Positions 59,164 through 64,000 of a stretch of DNA of 64,000 nucleotides are shown one piece after another; positions within the stretch are counted from its first letter, which is position 1; each line of letters begins with the position of its first letter. The DNA lies in NCBI GenBank assembly GCA_036265695.1, contig DATAOO010000377.1, positions 11,716 through 75,715 on the forward strand, written 5' to 3'. Below the pieces are notes generated by a model that was not told the DNA's origin, searched no databases, and saw only the letters and a list, made by a program, of their open reading frames with translations. Made by a program: the position numbers and the translations under genes. Source of the DNA: Pseudonocardia sp. (GTDB taxonomy: Bacteria > Actinomycetota > Actinomycetes > Mycobacteriales > Pseudonocardiaceae).

Positions 59164-60441
59164 TCAGCGGGGCCCGGACGCGTCACGCGGAGCCAGGCGC
59201 TCCACGGCCTCGTCGTCGAGCGCCGGGATGGGCAACGGGGAGTCGGTGAGGAACGCGGTGACGTCGGCGAGCACCTCGGTGGGCCGGTCTTGGTAGGTGT
59301 TGTGCCCGGCGCCGTCGAGGTAGACCAGCCCCGCGTGCGGGAGGGTGCGTCGGTAGTCGAGCGCGGAGCGCCAGGACAGGTAGTCGCACGAGCCTCTGAA
59401 GATCAGAACGGGGGTGGGCAGGCCGGTCAGCCCGGGTCGGGGGTCGGCTGGGGCGGCCCCGCCGGACGACTGGGGGAGCTGCAGCCGGTAGAAGCCGCTG
59501 CCGCGCACGGGGCCGTGCGCCTGTGCGGGGGTGCAGTGCAGCGCGGGCTCGGCGAGCGTGAGGATGGTGTCGTTGCGCGCGTCGGCCTCGACGTCCGGGA
59601 GGTAGGCGTGCGCCGCACGCACGTCGACCCTCGTCAGGAGGTAGCCGAGCAGGGCGCGCGGCTGTAGCGCCGCGGCGTAGGTGCGCAGGCGGGCACCGGT
59701 GTCGAGGCCTGCGGTGGCCCGGTCGGTGCTGGTGTCGGCCGGGTCCAGTGGCCCCGGCGAGGAGAGCACGAGCCGCTCGACGCTGTCGGGGTGCGCGGCC
59801 AGGTAGTGCGCGGCCAGCAGCCCGCCGTAGGAATGCCCGACCAGGACCATCTGCCGGGCGCCGATCGCCTGCCGCACGCCCTCGAGGTCGGCGACGTCAC
59901 GGCCGACGCCGTAGCCGGTGGGGTCGGGGAGTCGGGTGGATCGCCCGGAACCGAGCTGGTCGTAGACGTAGACGTCGTAGCGCAGCGCCGAGAGACGGCC
60001 GAAGTACGCCGCGTCGCCTGCCATGTCGGGGATGCCCGGGCCGCCGTGCAACACGACGACCGGGGTCGATCGCCGCGGCTCGGCGCCCGGTATGCGCACG
60101 TAGGCCAACCGCGAGCCGGTGGGGAGCGACCAGTACCGCATCCCGGGGACGACGTCCTGGGTGCGGGGATCGCCGAGCGGGACGAGGACGGCGGCCGCGC
60201 CGAGCGCCACCAGGCCGCCCACGAGCCACGCGATCGAGCGGACGCGCCGCCCCCGCTTCAGCACCAGCCGGAGCGACCCGGCGGCGACGAGCGCGGTGAG
60301 CGCGCCTCCGGCGCCGAGGAACAGCACCGGAGACGCGGTGACCGCGGCCGCGGCGAGGGCGCCGCCGAAGCCGGCCGCCGCGGCCACGAGCACGGCCGCG
60401 GCCACCCCCGCTGCGCGTCCCGCCTGGATCGCCCGCGCCAT
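59164..60441 (-). CDS. membrane-anchored alpha/beta hydrolase (proline iminopeptidase-like)
   Basis: 3 N-terminal TMs, HGGPG, YDQLGSGRS, GHSYG nucleophile, AGH. Confidence 0.83.
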   Translation of the reverse strand: MARAIQAGRAAGVAAAVLVAAAAGFGGALAAAAVTASPVLFLGAGGALTALVAAGSLRLVLKRGRRVRSIAWLVGGLVALGAAAVLVPLGDPRTQDVVPGMRYWSLPTGSRLAYVRIPGAEPRRSTPVVVLHGGPGIPDMAGDAAYFGRLSALRYDVYVYDQLGSGRSTRLPDPTGYGVGRDVADLEGVRQAIGARQMVLVGHSYGGLLAAHYLAAHPDSVERLVLSSPGPLDPADTSTDRATAGLDTGARLRTYAAALQPRALLGYLLTRVDVRAAHAYLPDVEADARNDTILTLAEPALHCTPAQAHGPVRGSGFYRLQLPQSSGGAAPADPRPGLTGLPTPVLIFRGSCDYLSWRSALDYRRTLPHAGLVYLDGAGHNTYQDRPTEVLADVTAFLTDSPLPIPALDDEAVERLAPRDASGPR

Positions 60442-60486
60442 GGGCTCAACGATGCCGCACGGCACCCCCGAACGACGTCGGTAGCG

Positions 60487-60864
60487 TCACCTCGGTCGCG
60501 GCGGGGCAGCACTCTTCGACGCACCCGCCGCGCGGCGGGACCGCGCCAGGCCGAGCGCCCCGAGCACCAGGCCGCTCAGCCCCAGCACCACGGCGAGGAC
60601 GGCTCCGGCCAGCCCGTTGCCCGTGCCGAGACCACCGGCGGCGTTCGCCGCGTGCAGGCCGCCGAGGATCGCGCTGATCGAACCCAGCGACAGGGCCACG
60701 GCCTCCGCCCCGCGACCGGAGCGGAACAGGGCCCGGGCACCGACCACCACGCTGACCAGCCCCAGCACGGCGAGGACGCTCGGCACGGTGCGCCCCGTGC
60801 CGAGCACGTAGCCACCCGCGACGACGTCGTACGCGGGCCGGGTTGCGAGGAAGACGGACATCAC
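60487..60864 (-). CDS. small membrane protein (DUF6223-like)
   Basis: GGLGTGNGLAGA motif between TMs; AAGGG RBS. Confidence 0.68.
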   Translation of the reverse strand: MMSVFLATRPAYDVVAGGYVLGTGRTVPSVLAVLGLVSVVVGARALFRSGRGAEAVALSLGSISAILGGLHAANAAGGLGTGNGLAGAVLAVVLGLSGLVLGALGLARSRRAAGASKSAAPPRPR

Positions 60865-61113
60865 GGAGCCCTTCGATCAGGTGCCAACCGCCGGAAGTGC
60901 GGTGACGTCGATGGTGGGCGCCGGGCGGGGCCCGCGCGTCAGCCGCCGATCGTGTTCTCCGGCTGGTGCGCGGGGCGTACCGTCAGCCGTCGGTGGTAGC
61001 CGTCGCGTCGACGGCGGTGGTAGTCCGGCTACCGCGCCGGGTGGATGCGCAGGCCGCGGCCGACCGCGCACGATGGTCCGGGGCCCGGTCGAGGGCGGGA
61101 GGACGGTCGCGTC

Positions 61114-62295
61114 ATGCGTGGGGTGGTGGAGCGCGGCGCGGCGACGTCGGGGGTCGCCGACGTCGTTTTCGGCGCCTGCGTGGCCGTCGGGCTCCTCGCG
61201 GCCGCGGTCGCCGAGATCGGGCCGGGGGCATGGGCGGGCACACGCCCGCTCGACGCCGGAGCGGTCGCAGTGGCCGCGGTGGTCGCCGCTGCGGTCGCCG
61301 TGCGGCGGCGCTACCCGGTGGCGGTGCTGGTCGCGCTCAACGCGGCAGGCCTGGTCTGGTTCTCCGGCGGCTACCCGGGCCGGCTGATCGCCCTGATCCC
61401 GTTGATCGGCTGCTACACGCTCGCGGTCCAGCGGGGCTGGCGGTGGGGGCTCGCGGGAGCCCTGCCCACGGCGCTGATCACGATCGTCGCGATCCGCGTG
61501 GTGCTCGCCGACACCGAGACGGTCGCCGTCGTCCCGATCGCCGTGCTGCTGGCGGCCACGGCGACCAGCGCGGGCGCGGCCGTGGGCTACTACCGGGCGG
61601 TGCTCGCGGTCACCCGGGCCCAACTCGCTCAGGAGATCCAGAGCCGCGAGGAGCGGGCACGGCGGCTCGCGGCCGAGGAGCGGCTGCGCATCGCGCGTGA
61701 GCTGCACGACGTCTTCGGGCACACGATGGCCACCATCAGCGTGCAGGCAGGCGTCGGCCTGCACGTGCTCGAACAACGCCCGGGACAGGCGCGCGAAGCC
61801 CTCACCGCGATCAAGACGATCTGCGACGACGGCCTCACCGACGTCAAGACCATCCTCGGCATCCTGCGCGCCGACGGCCCGAGCGCCGAGGGGGAGCCGA
61901 GGGCGCCGCGCGGCGGGCTCGACCGGCTCACCGACCTGCTCGACACGGCCGAAGCGGGCGGCCTGCGGGTGGAGATGCGCGTCGAGGGCGATCCCCGGCC
62001 CTTGCCCGCCCCGGTCGACCTGGCCGCCTACCGGATCATCCAGGAAGCGCTCACCAACGTGCTGCGCCACGCCGGCGCGCGCACCGTCCGGCTGACGCTG
62101 CAGCACGCGCCGTCCCGGCTGCTCGTCCGGGTCTGCGACGACGGGCGGACCAGCTGCGCCGATGTCTCAGGGGGGCACGGCATCGACGGGATGCGCGAAC
62201 GCGCCCGCGCGCTCTCCGGCAGCCTCACCGCGGCCCCGCTGCCCGAGGGGGGTTTCGAGGTCTGCGCGGAGCTGCCGATCCGGGAGCCGCGATGA
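61114..62295 (+). CDS. sensor histidine kinase (HisKA_3)
   Basis: ERLRIARELHDVFGH, YRIIQEALTNVLRH, DDG, GHGIDGMRER. Confidence 0.92.
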   Translation: MRGVVERGAATSGVADVVFGACVAVGLLAAAVAEIGPGAWAGTRPLDAGAVAVAAVVAAAVAVRRRYPVAVLVALNAAGLVWFSGGYPGRLIALIPLIGCYTLAVQRGWRWGLAGALPTALITIVAIRVVLADTETVAVVPIAVLLAATATSAGAAVGYYRAVLAVTRAQLAQEIQSREERARRLAAEERLRIARELHDVFGHTMATISVQAGVGLHVLEQRPGQAREALTAIKTICDDGLTDVKTILGILRADGPSAEGEPRAPRGGLDRLTDLLDTAEAGGLRVEMRVEGDPRPLPAPVDLAAYRIIQEALTNVLRHAGARTVRLTLQHAPSRLLVRVCDDGRTSCADVSGGHGIDGMRERARALSGSLTAAPLPEGGFEVCAELPIREPR

Positions 62296-62320
62296 TGTCT
62301 CGGTGTCGCCCGGCCGCCCG

Positions 62321-62998
62321 ATGACCGCGCCCATCCGCGTGCTCATCGCCGACGACGAGGCACTCGTGCGGGGCGGTTTCCGGGTGCTCATCGAGACCGA
62401 GCCCGGCATGGTCGTGGTCGGCGAGGCCGCCGACGGTGCCACCGCGGTCGACCTGACCCGCGACACCCACCCCGACGTGGTGCTGATGGACATCAGGATG
62501 CCGGTCGTCGACGGGCTGCGCGCCACCCGCGAGATCGCCGCCGACCCGGATCTCGCAGGCGTTCACGTGCTCATCCTGACCACCTTCGACCACGACGAGT
62601 ACGTCATCGAGGCGGTAGCAGCGGGCGCCGCGGGCTTCCTCATCAAGAACACCGAGCCCGCCCAACTGCTGCGGGGGATCCGCGTCGTGGCGGGCGGCGA
62701 AGAACTCCTTTCCCCGGGGCTGATCCGCCGGTTGGTGGACCGGCTCAACGACGCCGCGGCGACGCCACAGCTGAACCCGCAGGCGTTGAACCAGCTCACC
62801 GCCCGGGAGAAGGAGATCGTCGGACTCGTCGCGCACGGGCTGAGCAACTCCGACATCGCCGCGGCGCTGACCATCAGCCACGCCACGGCGAAGACCCACG
62901 TCAGCCGGGCCATGACCAAGCTCGGGGCCCGCGACCGCGCACAGCTGGTCGCGTTGGCCTACCGCCACCACCTCGTCGAGCCACCCGGCCGCGCGTGA
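62321..62998 (+). CDS. NarL/LuxR family response regulator
   Basis: IADD, LMDIRMP, LTAREKEI..GLSNSDIA..TAKTHVSR. Confidence 0.93.
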   Translation: MTAPIRVLIADDEALVRGGFRVLIETEPGMVVVGEAADGATAVDLTRDTHPDVVLMDIRMPVVDGLRATREIAADPDLAGVHVLILTTFDHDEYVIEAVAAGAAGFLIKNTEPAQLLRGIRVVAGGEELLSPGLIRRLVDRLNDAAATPQLNPQALNQLTAREKEIVGLVAHGLSNSDIAAALTISHATAKTHVSRAMTKLGARDRAQLVALAYRHHLVEPPGRA

Positions 62999-63008
62999 GC
63001 GCTCGACG

Positions 63009-63242
63009 CTATGCCGACCGCCCGTTGCGGACCCAGTCCCAACCCCGGTTCGGGCTGACCAGGTACAGCGCGCCGTCGACCTGCACCACGCCCAGCGGTG
63101 TCGAACGCTGTTGTCCGCTGCGCCTGCCCGTGGTGCGCGCGACACGCAATGCGTACCCGCCCTCCCGGTAGGGTTGCGCCGGTTCGTCGAGGATCTTGGC
63201 GGTCATCGCCGCGTTCATCGCGACGAGATCGGGCTGCGGCAC
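63009..63242 (-). pseudogene. truncated F420/deazaflavin-dependent nitroreductase-like (DDN) gene
   Basis: TTGRRSGQQRSTPL...WVRN, then stop after a few residues. Confidence 0.6.
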
Positions 63243-63372
63243 GTGGCAGGGCTAGCGATGCGCCGACCCCTCGCGCGTCGATCAGAGCTCGTCGGGTGGA
63301 CCCTGCACGTGCGGGACGACGCGCTGTCCGTCGTCGTCACCCAGTTGGACACTCACCAAGGTCGCAACATGG

Positions 63373-63417
63373 AACGGCCTGGTCTGAAGCTTCTAACGAG
63401 GCTCTGACCAGGCCGTT
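63373..63417. terminator. hairpin immediately 3' of the tRNA
   Basis: AACGGCCTGGTC ... GACCAGGCCGTT, 12-bp stem. Confidence 0.6.
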
Positions 63418-63420
63418 GCC

Positions 63421-63495
63421 TGGTGGGCGATACTGGGATCGAACCAGTGACCTCTTCGGTGTGAACGAAGCGCTCTCCCCCTGAGCTAATCGCCC
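63421..63495 (-). tRNA. tRNA-Val (anticodon CAC)
   Basis: GGGCGATTAGCTCAG...CTTCG-TT-CAC-AC-CGAAG...GGTTCGATCC...TCGCCCACCA; cloverleaf with encoded CCA. Confidence 0.96.
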
Positions 63496-63542
63496 CAGCG
63501 GCGACGACAGTACAGCACGGGCTGCCCGGTCCGGCGAGGGCC

Positions 63543-64000
63543 TCAGGCGGTGAGCGCTCCCGAGGCGACGACATCGGTCGGCACCGCAGGCGGTGTGCGG
63601 CCAGGCTCCAGGGAGATGGCGTAGGCGCCGAACGGCTGGGGGTCGGGGGAACCGACCGTTTGCGGGGCGGCGTCGCGCTCGTCCACGTCGAACACCCCGA
63701 GCGGCTGGGGGGCGGACGAGGCGTCCTTGAGGCCCCACAGCACGTAGGTCTGGTCGGCGGAGTTGGCGGCGAGGCCGATCGTGTACACGGTCTGCCGACT
63801 GTCTGCGACGACGACCGCCGCCACCGCCGTGCCGTCCGGCCGGGCCAGCAGCGCGTGCGAGTTGCCGGGGCGGGCGAGGCCCTGCACGAGCGCGGTGGTG
63901 CTGGACACCTGCGACGACGCTGTGTCGAGCTGCTGCTGCAACTGAACGGTCTGTTGCTGCAGCTGGACCGTGCGGATCCCGAGCCCTCCGGCGGCGACGA
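63543..64000 (-). CDS. RskA-like anti-sigma factor, 5'-truncated by window edge
   Basis: TYVLWG, PQPLGVF, AISLEPG..P..PT. Confidence 0.75.
   Translation of the reverse strand, partial: VAAGGLGIRTVQLQQQTVQLQQQLDTASSQVSSTTALVQGLARPGNSHALLARPDGTAVAAVVVADSRQTVYTIGLAANSADQTYVLWGLKDASSAPQPLGVFDVDERDAAPQTVGSPDPQPFGAYAISLEPGRTPPAVPTDVVASGALTA

Noticed and set aside
63000-63495. Intact integrative element or prophage at tRNA-Val
   Set aside because: No integrase, att duplication or phage genes visible in the window

Overview
High-GC actinomycete chromosomal DNA; gene content suggests a Pseudonocardia-like organism (inference). From left to right it holds: a partial acyl-CoA dehydrogenase; a self-sufficient CYP102-type P450/reductase in a 3-gene operon; a polysaccharide deacetylase-GT2 locus; FdhA; an ECF sigma/ZAS anti-sigma pair; a GntR-controlled MFS/split-transketolase/SDR catabolic operon with visible operators; an S53 peptidase; and an amine oxidase/aldehyde dehydrogenase/ureohydrolase operon. 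From about 23.8 to 48 kb lies a general-stress-type island. It contains ChaB, a HAD hydrolase, a Zn-ADH, an ACAD-like/PIG-L-NodS/GT2 cassette, an NDP-heptose pathway (GmhA, GmhB, HldE plus an extra kinase) with four GT9 and three GT4 glycosyltransferases and a methyltransferase, UdgX, a GAF-PP2C phosphatase and a glgC remnant. Many of these units share a SigB/SigF-like promoter motif. The right part is a patchy region with STAS proteins, a SufS-like enzyme, YeiH/LysR, an atypical CarH-like MerR regulator, CopA with a CsoR box, MFS, a two-component system and gene remnants, ending at tRNA-Val(CAC). The best candidate for an undescribed system is the stress-promoter-driven heptose/GT9 glycosylation cluster, in a lineage that does not make LPS. 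No integrase, transposase or CRISPR array was seen. All calls come from motif reading only; no searches were run.
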